A stretch of DNA of 64,000 nt from Epiperipatus broadwayi. Its lineage: Eukaryota; Animalia; Onychophora. The notes below the pieces were generated by a model. The model saw only the letters and a list, made by a program, of their open reading frames with translations, had not been told where the DNA came from and did no database searches. The stretch lies in assembly GCA_028023455.1 (NCBI GenBank), contig JAQFVV010000011.1, forward strand, positions 2,542,001 through 2,606,000, written 5' to 3'. The position numbers were made by a program, and so were the translations under genes. This document shows, piece by piece, positions 13,097 to 26,261 of this stretch; the first letter of the stretch is position 1; each line of letters opens with the position of its first letter.

Positions 13097-13670
13097 CAAA
13101 CACAGTGGCAGAGGAGGTGAAGAGAAGTTTCATCCTCTCTGAGGCATAGTGAGCAAGTGGACTCTATGTGTGAGAATCCTCGGCAATGCACCAGAAAGTG
13201 TTTAGTACGCAAGGCATTAAGATTTATCTTCATCAGGAAATCAAAATATTTGAGTTCAAGGAACCATCGCTTAAATTTCTTGATTAGCAGATGGTTGTTA
13301 AGCCTGGGGAGAGTTGATCCTGCAGAAACGTCAGGATTTCATTGAGGACGATTTGTTAGGAAGCATAGTATGTTTGGAGATAAGAGATGTGAGGGTTGCC
13401 AGCCAATCAGTTCTAATAGGGGGAGGATTATTTGTGGGAGTGACCTCCCTGGAGGGTGAGTAGTTGGGATACTGCAAGCACATTCTGCAGAAAGAATTGT
13501 AAGAACGTTGGAATATAAAAGTATCTATGGAATGTAGGGATAACCCATTGAGTTTTGTGTGTTTCTGTAGATTTCTCAAGCTTATGGCTGCACTTTTGTC
13601 TGCTCTAATCAGATCAATGCACATCTTGTGTATAAATTGAGACATAACATGACCCAAGCTGGCTTTTTAA
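13097..13670 (-). pseudogene. Tx1/L1-like non-LTR retrotransposon ORF2 C-terminal fragment with zf-RVT zinc finger
   Basis: The minus strand gives ...KLNGLSLHSIDTF... and, after a frameshift, WFLELKYFDFLMKINLNALRTKHFL...STCSLCLREDETSLHLLCHC. It is homologous to the 46301-47866 element (RNGLDLHSIQ; CFLCHREEE). Confidence 0.8.
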
Positions 13671-14636
13671 ACGTGACTAATTTTTACTAAATTATTCTAT
13701 GAAAATTACATTAGCTTTTATATATAAACATATTTATGACTCACGGACTGGTTTGTATAAGCATCACAAAACTCTAGAACATTTTTTTTTTCCAGGAGTT
13801 AAAATAGTCAGCGTAATTTCCAAATGAATACGAATGACGATGATGTGTAGCTATAATATAATTACCTATTGAGCAAACAACATTTTTTTTAACTAATCAA
13901 TTTAATTTCTCCCCCCCCCCCCCCATTATTTTTTTTTTACTTTATTTTGATTTTGAAAATTTTTTCAGAGGTCATACTAATTATCAGACCTTGGAAAAAT
14001 CATTTAATTGGATAAGCAATTAGCATATATGTTAATTTAATATTACATAATAATTAGAAGAAAAAAAAACATAATTACTTCAAAGTAATTGACAAGTTTT
14101 TAATTATATCTAACATTTGCTGTCTTCCCTGATTGATGTTTACTTCAGTCTTTCTAAAAATATATTAAAGCTCTTGAATTATTTATTATTTATTGAAAAT
14201 ATAAACAACATATTAATAAACTACATTAATAACTGTATTTTTTAATAGATAAAATATGAGATTTTTTATTATTAAAAAAATAGGAATACATTACTAAAAT
14301 AGTTTTATATCAAACTATTTTTTTTATTCACAATTTAAAGATTTTTTTACGTTCATCTTTTTTATTTTATTTAATAAAAAAAAAAGTTCCTTTCACTCGT
14401 AACTTCAATCTAAAGAGAAAAACAAGAATGTTTATCATGCTATAATTTTTCCTACTGACAATGAGTCTTTTTTCACATTAGAGTGAGAGATAGATCATAA
14501 GATCGTTTTTTTAAAAACACAATATCGTTTGAAAAACTCGAAAGATTCTTTATATTTTAATTATTAAAAAAAAAAAAACCCATAGAGAAAGCGAAAAACA
14601 AATATGTAAAAATAATTCATTTTCTAAAATAATTAT

Positions 14637-15109
14637 GAAATATTGTACAAGCTTATATTATATACCTGTATCAACATATGTAATATATAGGGTATATGAG
14701 CACAGATTTTCACACGACCCACCACTCTCCATTCTATCTCATAACACTGATACCTTTGAACACATATATGTCGAAAAGATAAATAATTACCAATATTGAT
14801 ATTTCATGCTAAACCAGCAATCATCAGTTGGTCCAGATTACCACCTCTACACATATATGCAATAAGTGCTCAAATATATATTAAGATAGCCAATCTTCAT
14901 ACTTTAATGGACAGGCTTCAATTCACACCACACTCCAACTCTTAAACTGATGACTGCTGGTTTAGCATGAAATACGTATATTGATGTATTATTTATCTTT
15001 TCGGCATATATGTGTTCAAATGTATCAGTGTTATGAGATAGAGTGAAGAGTGTTGGGTCATGTGAAAGTATTGGGTCATGTGAAAGTCTGTAATCATATA
15101 CCCTATATA
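14637..15109. mobile_element. Family B (B2 3' end) fold-back with 12 bp TSD
   Basis: Reverse arm 14637-14940, forward arm 14945-15109. TAAAATAATTAT lies at 14625-14636 and 15110-15121. Hammerhead cores at ~14820(-) and 14947(+). Confidence 0.85.
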
Positions 15110-15223
15110 TAAAATAATTATTTTATACATCAAGAACACTAAAAAGTAATTTCTATATATATATGTCTAAAAGGACTAGCAGGGGTTTGAACTAGAATTT
15201 TAATACTTAATTCTCCATATTTA

Positions 15224-15709
15224 GTTCTCATAAAATACTAAATTGTCCATTCACTTCACCATTGTTACACAATGCTTTATTTACCACCTTTTTTGCAGTT
15301 TATAGCAATCTTCTTCAGAACTTTATATCTCCTAGCCTCAACTCTTATTACTGTTACACAGTGCTTTATTTACCACCTTTTTTTTTTTTACAGTTTACAG
15401 TTTCGATTGCCCCAGCAATCTTCTTCAGAACTTTATGTCTCCTAGCTTTAATTCTTACTACTGTTACACAATGATTTATTTACCACTCTTTTTTACAGTT
15501 TCGATTGCCCCAGAAATCTTCTTCAGAATTTTATTTAAGGTTGAGGCTAGGAGATATAAAGTTCTAAAGAAGATTGCTGAGGCAATCGAAACTGTAAACT
15601 GTAAAAAAAAAAAGGTGGTAAATAAAGCATTGTGTAACAGTAGTAAAGTGAATGGACAATTTAGTATTATATGGTATACATTTGGCAATACAATAAGAAA
15701 GAGTAGTTA
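15224..15709. mobile_element. Family G: three tandem ~100-110 bp units (-) plus one inverted unit (+), hammerhead-bearing, 13 bp TSD
   Basis: TCTTCAG cores at 15312, 15422 and 15520; the inverted unit spans 15540-15666. TTCTCCATATTTA lies at 15211-15223 and 15710-15722. Confidence 0.85.
15389..15435 (-). ncRNA. Minimal type I hammerhead ribozyme (family G), core intact
   Basis: Minus strand: TAAAGTT-CTGAAGA-A-GATTGC-TGGG-GCAATC-GAAA-CTG-TA|AACTGTA. Stem II is a perfect 6 bp; stem I is AGTT/AACT; the predicted cleavage triplet is GUA. Confidence 0.8.
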
Positions 15710-16298
15710 TTCTCCATATTTAAATAACAACTAAATTAAACTATCATATTCGTTTTCTAACTTGGGTATTTGATCATCACACGACTTCTCAAGTCTATTA
15801 ACCATCTGCCTATATACATATAATTTCAGAACAGTTGTCTTCATTTATTATAAAGCCATTTGCTGTAACCTTGAGTAATGAAAGAATACCAAGGGATATA
15901 GTTCTATAATATTTCCAAAATGTTTTCTAGCTTTTGCATTCAATAGTGAAAATTAGGATTCAAATCTGAAATCAATGCATATATGCATCGAACAGCCATC
16001 TTTCATTCTTTTTGTATTGTTCTAGCAATAAATACTATATTATTGTACATATATGAAAGTTTATTTGTTACTTTATAACTCAACAAATATTGCAGCACCT
16101 TGATAATTCTTACATGATTTTCTTTCTTTTTTTGGAGAATTTTATAAGCTATGAATTTTTGTTTTATAGTGCTTAATTATTTTAAAATCCTTGGTAATTT
16201 GCAATATGAAATGCATTGGAATAGTAATATTTTCTAATGATGTCATAAAAATGCAGAAAGAGGGCAGCATTGATTAAAAAATTCCAAATGTGGTGGGA

Positions 16299-17297
16299 TT
16301 TTGCTTTTTGCATCTCTCATATAAAAACTTGAACATCCTACTTCTCCATGAATTACCTCCTTTGCTGTCTACACATCTGCATCTAATGCATGTCTTCGTA
16401 CTTCTCTTTGTACTTTTTCCAAATAACCTAATACCCTTTTATAACACAGAACACATCATTACCATATGTTAACCCTGCTACCACCATTCTCTTCTATACA
16501 ATTGAGTAGATTGCAGTTTGTGAATAATAAAAGAATAGCCAAAATAATATTTAATTGGGTTATGAGTAAAGAGCAGGCAATAAGATGGGTGAGAAAGGTA
16601 ATGCAGTTTACAGAACATTTGGATAAAAAAATTTATATCACTCTACTTGTACAAAAAAGATGGGATGATTGTGATAGGAGGATTGTTGAGTGTTATAGTG
16701 GTAAGGAGAGGGATAGAAGAATAGATGCATTAATAAAGAATAGGGAGTTGGTGAGATGGAGAATTAGTATGGAGAGTAAAAAGAGTTTGAATATATATAG
16801 AAGAAAATGGAACATTGGATGCAAGTTAATTTATGATAATAGCAAGAAAAATAGTTTACTGTTTAAGGCTCGAATGAGATCTTCAGCAACAAGGGAATAA
16901 ACATGTAAATAGAAAAATATGGGTGATTTAGTCTGCAAGTTGTGTGAGAAAAGCATAGAAAATATTAGGCATCTGTTAATTTAATGTAAATACTTGAAAG
17001 CAGAAAGCGTACAAATAATGAAGTTATGGAAGAATAAATATGAACAAAGTGATTATACAGGAAGTGGGTTATTGGTTTTATGCTGGGTTTGGGAACAGAT
17101 AATGGAGATTTATGAATGCCATGAAGTTCATAAAGTTGACAAAGATTATGTTGTGAAAATGGGATGAAGCAGGATATGTGGAAACTTAGGGTGGGGAATG
17201 GAAAGGGAAGGTAAAGTGGCTAACAGATTTTTCTGGACATAGTTGATGAGAGATTCCTGATTAAGTATAAGGAGAAGTCACAGTGCATCACATCACA
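16299..17297 (+). mobile_element. 5'-truncated LINE 3' fragment with a 5' inversion (16299-16500 inverted)
   Basis: YDNSKKNSLLFKARM and CKLC...IRHLLI*CK zinc-knuckle region. It is closely similar to 37760-38575 and ends GTGCATCACATCAC. The reverse complement of 16299-16400 matches 37655-37752. Confidence 0.85.
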
Positions 17298-18264
17298 ATG
17301 TTGGAAAATGGCACCCTGCATATTGAAATACATATAGGAGGGGAAGGGGGATTTTATTTGGTATTTGATGCTTCAAAAATCCAAAATGGAATATAAAAAT
17401 GAGTTTCATATACAAAAGAAGTACAAATTTGCTTAGAATTTAATTGATTTCTGAGTTAGCAAAAATATATTTATTTAGTGATAGTACATGAAGGTCTGCT
17501 CATATGTGTGTGAATATATTTTAATAATACCATATAGATCTCTTAAAGTACCTGCTTTTGGAAATAAATGAACTATTTAGTTTTGAAAAAGTAATATGAA
17601 AACTGGTATCACTTAGAATCTTTTTTACCTTATTTCAATTTGATAAAGCCAAAGAGAAAGGTGTCGAATAATGAAAATTCAGGTTAATAATAGTTTATTG
17701 CCATACGATAGAAATTAGATATTGTTGGTTACCTACAGATTGATATTGAAGAATTGAATGCAAGATTATATATCAGCCATTAGCCATGCCTATTCATATA
17801 CTTTAGGACAAATAATGACTGATGATTTAATTATTTATTTGGGCTTGATGACTATTTAACTAAGTCCTGTACTATAAGTCCTGTGTTGATGCTTGCATAA
17901 TAAATGCTGTGCTAATGATAAAGTTATTTGCCATATACATGCTCTCATGGATATATTGTATGATTACCATTGTGATTAACGATATGGAGGTTGGCTTTTT
18001 TTAGATATGTGCACAGTTACATTTGAGATATGTTGTTTAGTAATGTGAATGTATGACTTCTTTGTAATTCTAGTGATTAATTTCACCTGTGAGGTTATTT
18101 TGACTTTAATAGATTTCAACTGAGTCATATACTAAGGAGTTGCATTAAAATAATGATGATTTGAAATTATTATTAAGACTTCTTAAAATCTCTATCAAGA
18201 CATTTGGTTAGTCATGAAGTTATTTAGCATAAAAAGTTTACTTCAAAAGCATTATACACATAAA

Positions 18265-18413
18265 GTAATATTTACCAAGGCTGTAACCTCAGGAATATGT
18301 GCCTGAAAAATGCGAAGGTAGGGACCTCTACAGGTCTTAACCACAAGCTTCCGCCTTGAGGTTACAGCCTTAGTAAATATTACTTAATATAATAATGTGC
18401 ATTTAAAATAAAT
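18265..18413. mobile_element. Family E fold-back with unequal arms and 13 bp TSD
   Basis: GTAATATTTACCAAGGCTGTAACCTCA ... TGAGGTTACAGCCTTAGTAAATATTAC. TTATACACATAAA lies at 18252-18264 and 18414-18426. Confidence 0.8.
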
Positions 18414-19380
18414 TTATACACATAAACTACACTAACAGTAAGATGAGTAATGTGCTTACAACATCATTCTTGTTTAATTAAGGACAGCATATAGTAAATG
18501 TTAGAAAAAGCAAATATTTAAATTTGAGAATAATGTACTTAAAGAAAGGAATCACCTACTAAGAAGATAAATTTCAAAATATTGAATTGTCAACAAATGA
18601 TGATTTTACAAACATTCTTGTGGATAAATACATGTAGTGTTGAATTAGTATTGTCTCCAGTTCATTTCCTTATTGGTGATTCATTCAATAATAGATCAAT
18701 AAGTAAATCAAAAAAATTATGATCTTCTGATGGCTGAAAAAATTTGTTTGTGGAATATTGTGGACTGAAATGAAAAAAAGGTAAGAAAAAGCATTCAAGA
18801 ACATTTGTTTAATTATTGTTTGATTTGACAATGACGAAGAAGGATAAGACATTTTCCAGGTTTTACTAGAACCTGGGGGAGTCCAACTGAATTAATGAGT
18901 TTATGCAGCACAAAATAAATATTAAAACTCATAGCCTCTCTCTCTCTCTGTTGCAAGATTTCTAGCATCTAGTTGTCAGTGAAATCTAGATTTATTTTTT
19001 TTAAAAAATACCAGAGTCTGACTGCTATAATATATAAAAAAAAATCATATTAATTTTTAATTATTATTTCTAAAAATATATAAAATAAAAATATACTAGG
19101 AAATACATATTTTTAAAGAAATATTCTAATGCAGAATATTGCATAACTATAATATATACAAACATTTAGTAACCTCTAGTTAACATCTAGAATTTCTGCT
19201 TCTACAGCTCTTTCCAATTTAATAATTTTATAAAATTATTGAAACATAGCAAAAAATTCAACAATTCAATGTACCCCCCCCCCATTATAAATCTCTCTTG
19301 CTTTAACATAGACACAAGTCACTGTAAATCTAAAGAAATATTGTATGTAAATTATTAACCAGTATCTATTAATTTAATAT

Positions 19381-19583
19381 TCACATGATCACCATTTAAG
19401 ATCTAGGTGCAATGCTCTCAGATCCAAGGCTCCTCACTGATGATGGCCACAAGCCAGAAACTAGTCTGGGGATATTGGATGAGTAGGCACTAGATATGGA
19501 TTTTATGCACAAGCCTTCTGGCATCTATTGATTACTCTGGTTAGCACAGGGTGGCACTACTGTATGGAGAGTTTTGCCTTTGT
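19381..19583 (+). mobile_element. Family A copy (short inverted tail plus forward body) with 15 bp TSD
   Basis: TTAATTTAATATTCA lies at 19369-19383 and 19584-19598; the last 3 nt overlap the element tail. Confidence 0.85.
19421..19480 (+). ncRNA. Minimal type I hammerhead ribozyme (family A), fully intact
   Basis: TCCAA-GGC-TCCTCA CTGATGA(19437-43) TGGC-CACAA-GCCA GAAA(19457-60) CTAG TC| TGGGGA-TA-TTGGA. Stem I has 6 bp plus a 5 bp extension, stem II has 4 bp, stem III is the palindrome ACTAGT, and the predicted GUC cleavage is after 19466. Confidence 0.88.
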
Positions 19584-20326
19584 TTAATTTAATATTCATT
19601 GCATCTTTTTTATATAATAAATTCTGCATATTAAATATGTTTATATTAATGCAACATATTTATATGGTAGAAAATTAACCAAAAATAACATTAAAAAAAT
19701 ATTTAAAAAAAAATAATACTGTTTTTATCTAAACAGCTGACTAAAAAAGTAAAAAAATAACACCATAATTTGAGTAAAAAACATGTTGCGTTATTTCATA
19801 AAAGCATTTGAGGCCTTTTTGATTTTTATGACTTCAAATGCTTTTATGAAATATCACATTTTTTAATCATATTATTTTTCTACTATTTAGTCAGCTATTT
19901 ACATAAAAGCATTATTTAAATATATATATTATATAAAAAAACATATTTTATGAGTTCATCCACGTAAGATTTTAATTTAAAAATTTTAACGTTTTGACTT
20001 GATCACACAACAGGGAAATGAAAACTATATCTGCAACCCATGAAAACATTCATATAAACATATATATTTTATTTTTCTACTTTTTAGTTATATTTACATA
20101 GTATTTTTAAAAATGTTTAAAACTACAAAAAATATCTGACAAAAAATTATAATTTAATAATAAGATGTGACAATAAAAAATATGCCCTCTAACAAATTAA
20201 TTCTAAATTTAAATATCATATGATTGTCTACTATATAAAATTATTTATGTATTAGTTTTTTAATTAATTTAATTAATTAAGTACTACAAATGTATTGTTT
20301 CTGTGAGATTTATTTATTTATTTTTC

Positions 20327-20416
20327 CATGTGTCATAGCATCAGCTGGGAAGCAAACCTGCTAACCTGGGACAACTGCTTGTAAAGCAGCTGTCGCTGAC
20401 CTCTCAACCACCAATA
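20327..20416 (-). mobile_element. tRNA-Gly-derived SINE copy
   Basis: Aligns by eye to the 43845-43927 copy; T-rich (minus-strand A-rich) tail on the left. Confidence 0.7.
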
Positions 20417-21431
20417 TTAATAAAATTTTATTCTATAAATGTAATATTTCTGTTGACTCAATTGCTAAGGGTTTTTTCTGTGAAGCATAGGGATGTGAAT
20501 TTGAGTTCTAAATAGGAACAATTTTTTTTTTCATTGTTAATTTAAAAATGTGGACATACTAACAGAAACACAGACAAAATCTGGACATGCTGATGGAAAC
20601 ACAGCCAGGGTAAGTTAACATAAAAGCATTTCAAATATAAAAATTTTAATTTTTTGCTCCACTGCCATATTGTCAGATATAAATCAGTTTAATTGGCAAT
20701 TGAAGTTTTTTTCCCCATAATATTCTGAATCAAGTAGCCTGAAAAATTTAACTTTTTTTTGTCAAATGATAATTGTAAAGCCATTTATATAAATAGCACT
20801 ATTTTCACAAGCAGTATTTAAAAAAAGTTAGTGATTAAACCATTCACTTGCTATTTTCAATAACTGTGCCCCCCTCCTCCACACACACACACACCATCCT
20901 CAACACTCTAGTGCATCTTATTGAAGATAACAATTGTTCACAGAAACTTTTTTTGGACTTAAACCACCCTTCTATTCTGATAGATATTTCTGAACAATTG
21001 AAATTTTTTTGTGTTAATATGATTTTTTCAAACAGCCTGTTTCAAACATTCATTTTTTTTAATCATTGGTTATCACCAGTTTTTAATTTATATTGAAAGA
21101 CCATTTTAATGTATCTTGATAAAGATAAGACTTGTTCTTAGCAGTTTATCTGACCTAAACCAACATTTTCTATAAGTAGATGGTTCTTAATAATTGGTAA
21201 AATTATTTTTAATATAATTCTTTTAAACAATTTGAGGAAACATATAAAAATAATATTGGATGATAATCTTTTTGGATCGTTAGGTGTGTTTGACCTTAAA
21301 ATTATTATTGTTTGCTATTATGAGAAATTTTCTGGAATAATTTTCTTTATTAATAATGCTGCTGAACAGTGTTGCAAACATGCTTTGGCTTTAGATTGTA
21401 CACTTTTTAGATGCTCTGGAAGCATGCTATC

Positions 21432-21810
21432 TAAAACAGGGACAAACTCTTTATACAGTAGTGCCACCTAGTGCAAGCCACAGTAATCAAATGGAGGCAA
21501 AAAGGTCTGTTCATAAAAATTCCTATCTAGTGACTACTCATCCAATATTCTCAGACTGATTTCTAGCTTTAGCTTTCATTAGTAAGTAGTCTCAAATCTG
21601 AGAGCATTGCACATAGATTTTAGGATCTAATGCAACCCTCTAGCAGCTAGTTATCTTATATCTTTTTAATTAATGATAAACCTATGAAAACATGTTTTTA
21701 ATCCATTACTGTGGTGTGCACTGAGTGGTGTTAGTAAATAGAGAGTTTGTTATTGTTTTAACAACTTGTGTAAGCATAGGAAATGGACATCATATGATGT
21801 TTAATGGTTT
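21432..21810. mobile_element. Family A fold-back, old; degenerate hammerhead on the minus strand
   Basis: Reverse arm 21432-21700 (CTAATGA...GAAATCAGTC); forward arm 21715-21810 ends with the family A tail. Confidence 0.7.
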
Positions 21811-22647
21811 ATTTGTATACTTTCTACTTCTGGAACCTTTCCTATTTTAAGATGATCAAAAGCAAGTTTAAGTTTACCAATATGTGTTGATTTTAGTTAT
21901 ATCTGATGCCATATTTTTCTGCATGTATATTTTTTAAAATTCAAATGACATTTCTGTTATTTTTGCATAAAATAACAGAAATGTCATTTGAATTTTAAAA
22001 AATATCCATGCAGAAAAATATGGCATCAGATTTGTTAATAACAGATTCGAAAAACTTAGATTTAAAAATGAGAGATTTATAATAAAATCAACATATTTCT
22101 ATAGTGTTGACTTTGAGACTAAAGAAAACAAAGATGGATGAGAAAAAAATGATACACACATAAACAAAACATGCGACTTGAAAAATAATTAAAAGATTTT
22201 AAACCTACAGAATCTCACATCAACTTTTTTTGTATTTAATTGACATTTTTAATGCTCTAAAAATAATTAATATTAACTGTATAAAATCAAATCAGAACTA
22301 AATGGAATTAATCTGATCAAAGAACATTAGCTTTTGTTAATTAACAGTTAAAATTCTAAAATTATGATCAAATAAAGTATTTTAAAGAACTTAAATCATA
22401 CCGCTTCACTCATTTTTAAACCTCAAAAAGATTTTTAAAGCGTTGCTGTAAAAAGAAAATAACAATTGAAGAAATTTTTTGTTACAGCTTTCAAATTATC
22501 CATAACTTTTAACAAATTTACAATTTAAATAATGAAATATTTTACATTTTAGATGTACAAATAAACTTTCAATTCCCACACATTTTATATATATATATGG
22601 AAAAAGCCATCATTGTTCGGTATATATATATACAACAATTTACTATA

Positions 22648-22969
22648 AATTAATACATTGCACAGGCTAAAACCTGCATTTATATATATAATATAGGAGG
22701 GATTCGAACTCAGACTTTCAGACGACCCACTACTCTCAGTGCCATCTCATATTGCTGACCCACCTGATCACACACATGCTCTCAGTGCCATCTCATATTG
22801 CTGACCCACCTGATCACACACATGGCACTGAGAGTAGTGACATGTGTAACATGTGTGTAATTAGGTGGGTCAGCAATATGAGATGGTACTGAGAGCATGT
22901 GTGTGATCAAGTGAGTCAGCAATATGAGATGACACTGAGAGTAGTGGGTCGTGTGAAAGTCTGAGTTCG
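22648..22969. mobile_element. Family B 3'-end fold-back with internal ~44 bp tandem units and 14 bp TSD
   Basis: CTCAGTGCCATCTCATATTGCTGACCCACCTGATCACACACATG occurs twice, then in inverted copies. AACAATTTACTATA lies at 22634-22647 and 22970-22983. 22648-22710 matches the reverse complement of the 42850-42915 element end. Confidence 0.85.
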
Positions 22970-22984
22970 AACAATTTACTATAG

Positions 22985-24015
<1,031 letters not shown>

Positions 24016-24132
24016 ATTAATATAATTCCTATTTATCTGTAGAAAATTATTACAATTCAATTTCTGAATGCAACATTTATAGAATGCAGTAATTTGTCAA
24101 TATCATTTTAGATAAATACACTATTAAAGTTT

Positions 24133-25268
24133 AAAATAATCATATTTAAAACTATTAAAGCAGACAACTTTCTATAAATAAATAAAAATTATTTAATACA
24201 TCAACTTGAAGCTCATTCCTTATGGAATCTTATCAAAATGTTTCTTTTTACAAAATCACATGACCATACTGCAACTCCATCTAATGGACATTATTTTAAT
24301 GACATTACAATAATATAAGTCACATGATGTATGACTTTGTTTTCTTACATCACAGTAAATACAGTTATTAAAATACATCTATGTACATGAAAATGATTAA
24401 ACTTATTACAATCTCTCCTTTATTTTTATTATAATATATATATATTTACAAAATAATCTCCAAAATATTTTAAATTATAAGTCTAAAATTTCCAATAATT
24501 TAACAATGCCCATTTACCTAGTTGTGCTAGACCTTTAACCATGTTTATACATTTATTTACATTTTTTTGACTCCTAACATTTTCTTTCCTTGTAATTTTT
24601 AACAAAACTTTATTACCTAAATATTTTTTGCACAATTCATTTTATGCCCAGTATCTAAAAAATGTATATATGACCCTGATCTTATATTCTTTCTGTTAAT
24701 TGCCCTGTCATGCTTCTTACCTCTTTCAATGGCAGTCTTTCCTGTCTGACCAATATGTATCATATTGTGAAATTCATAATTAATTTTTTTTTTTTGAATA
24801 TTGGATATAGAATGAATTGTAAAAAAAATATTCAGATAGTAAAATATGTTTAAAATTACAAGGATAGAATAAAACTTGATATATTCAAAAAAATTTAGAC
24901 AAATATGTAAACGTGGGTAAAGGTCCAGCACAACTAGGGCGGACGGGCGCATTGTTAGATTATTGGAAACTTTAGAGCTATAATTTAAAATATTTTTTAG
25001 ATTGTTTTGTAAATATATGTATATGAAAATTGCAATAAGTTTCATCATTTTTATGTACATGTATGTATTTTAATAATTATATTTATTGTAGTGTAAATAA
25101 TGTCCATTGTGTGACGCTGTAGTAGAATAGATGATCATGTGATTTTGTGAAAAGAAACACCTTGATAAGATTTCATTAAGGATTTGAAAGCTGGGTTGAT
25201 GTATTAAATAATTTATTTATTTATAGAGAGTTGTCTGTTTCACTTTTGTTTTAAATTTGATTATTTTA
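24133..25268 (-). mobile_element. Second PLE remnant (family D): GIY-YIG fragment between ~185 bp inverted repeats
   Basis: 24133-24318 is approximately the reverse complement of 25075-25268. The minus strand 24617-24790 gives IHIGQTGKTAIERGKKHDRAINRKNIRSGSYIHFLDTGHKMN, a GIY-YIG pattern. Confidence 0.75.
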
Positions 25269-26088
25269 ATGTTTATATATAAAAGGTAACATTATGGATA
25301 AATTTTAACATTCAAATTTGATAATTTAAAGTATATAAAATATCAATTAATTTTTTTTAGCACAGATTTATACTTTAAATCTAGAAGAATAATTTCCAGT
25401 AGCTATGTTCTAACTCATTGATAGTTTTTAAAATTCATAAAAAACTTTTAACCTCCCACATACTTTAAACACATGGGTAAAGATGCACGTAGAAAGCAAA
25501 TGATCCTTAAAATGTAATTTTGGCAGAATCAGCCTTATCTTTTCTTACACCTGAAGATATTGAACTTTTTTTTGTTTAACTAAGATACATAACATTAGTT
25601 GGTAAAGAAGAAACATTTAATAAATTATATTCATACTGGAGTTTGTTAATTGATATAATAATCTTTAACTAAGTTTTAAAGTTTATATCTGGGCCAAAAA
25701 ATTAAATAATCTACATTCTAATAAAATGTTCATTTATAATGATTAATGTTCTATTAAATGATATTACCAAGTTAGCGCACTCAGAAAATGTAACGTTTGA
25801 AAATTAAATTGTCGTGATTTAAGTTTTGTATTAAATAATCTTTTGCTTTAGCCACATTCAAATTAAATAGTTTTTACTGATTAAGTTACATGATTAGTAT
25901 AAAATATCTTGCTATTTATGCGCTGTTATGGCTTTAATATCTTATATCTGGGGTTAATATCTTGCTGTTTGTACATTATTGGTTGAATTGAGCGAAAAAT
26001 AACGATCTTTAGAATTCTGATATAACATTAACCTATAATTATTTATAAGAATCTATTTTAATCAAATTATAATCACTTTAAATTTGTC

Positions 26089-26261
26089 TTAGCTCCACAA
26101 TGATTGAAAACGTGGGTTCCCACAGAATCTAATCAACTGCATTGAGGTGTGCCGGAGCAGGTAAAAGCTCAGGACTGTATAGGACCTGGTCCCTTGTGTG
26201 GGCAGAGCAACGAAGTGGGACACCAGCGGATCCTTGATTTCAAGTAACATTATGTAAACTT
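26089..26261 (-). other. GC-rich island; candidate terminal coding exon or structured RNA of unknown identity
   Basis: A minus-strand acceptor TTTATTTCAG (ending 26262) leads into a frame open for 56 codons to TAA at 26091-26089. CpGs are retained. No repeat copy occurs in the window and the peptide is not recognised. Confidence 0.3.

Noticed and set aside
22735-22945. CRISPR-like array from the ~44 bp repeats
   Set aside because: There are no unique spacers, the units are contiguous and then inverted, the context is eukaryotic and no cas genes are present.
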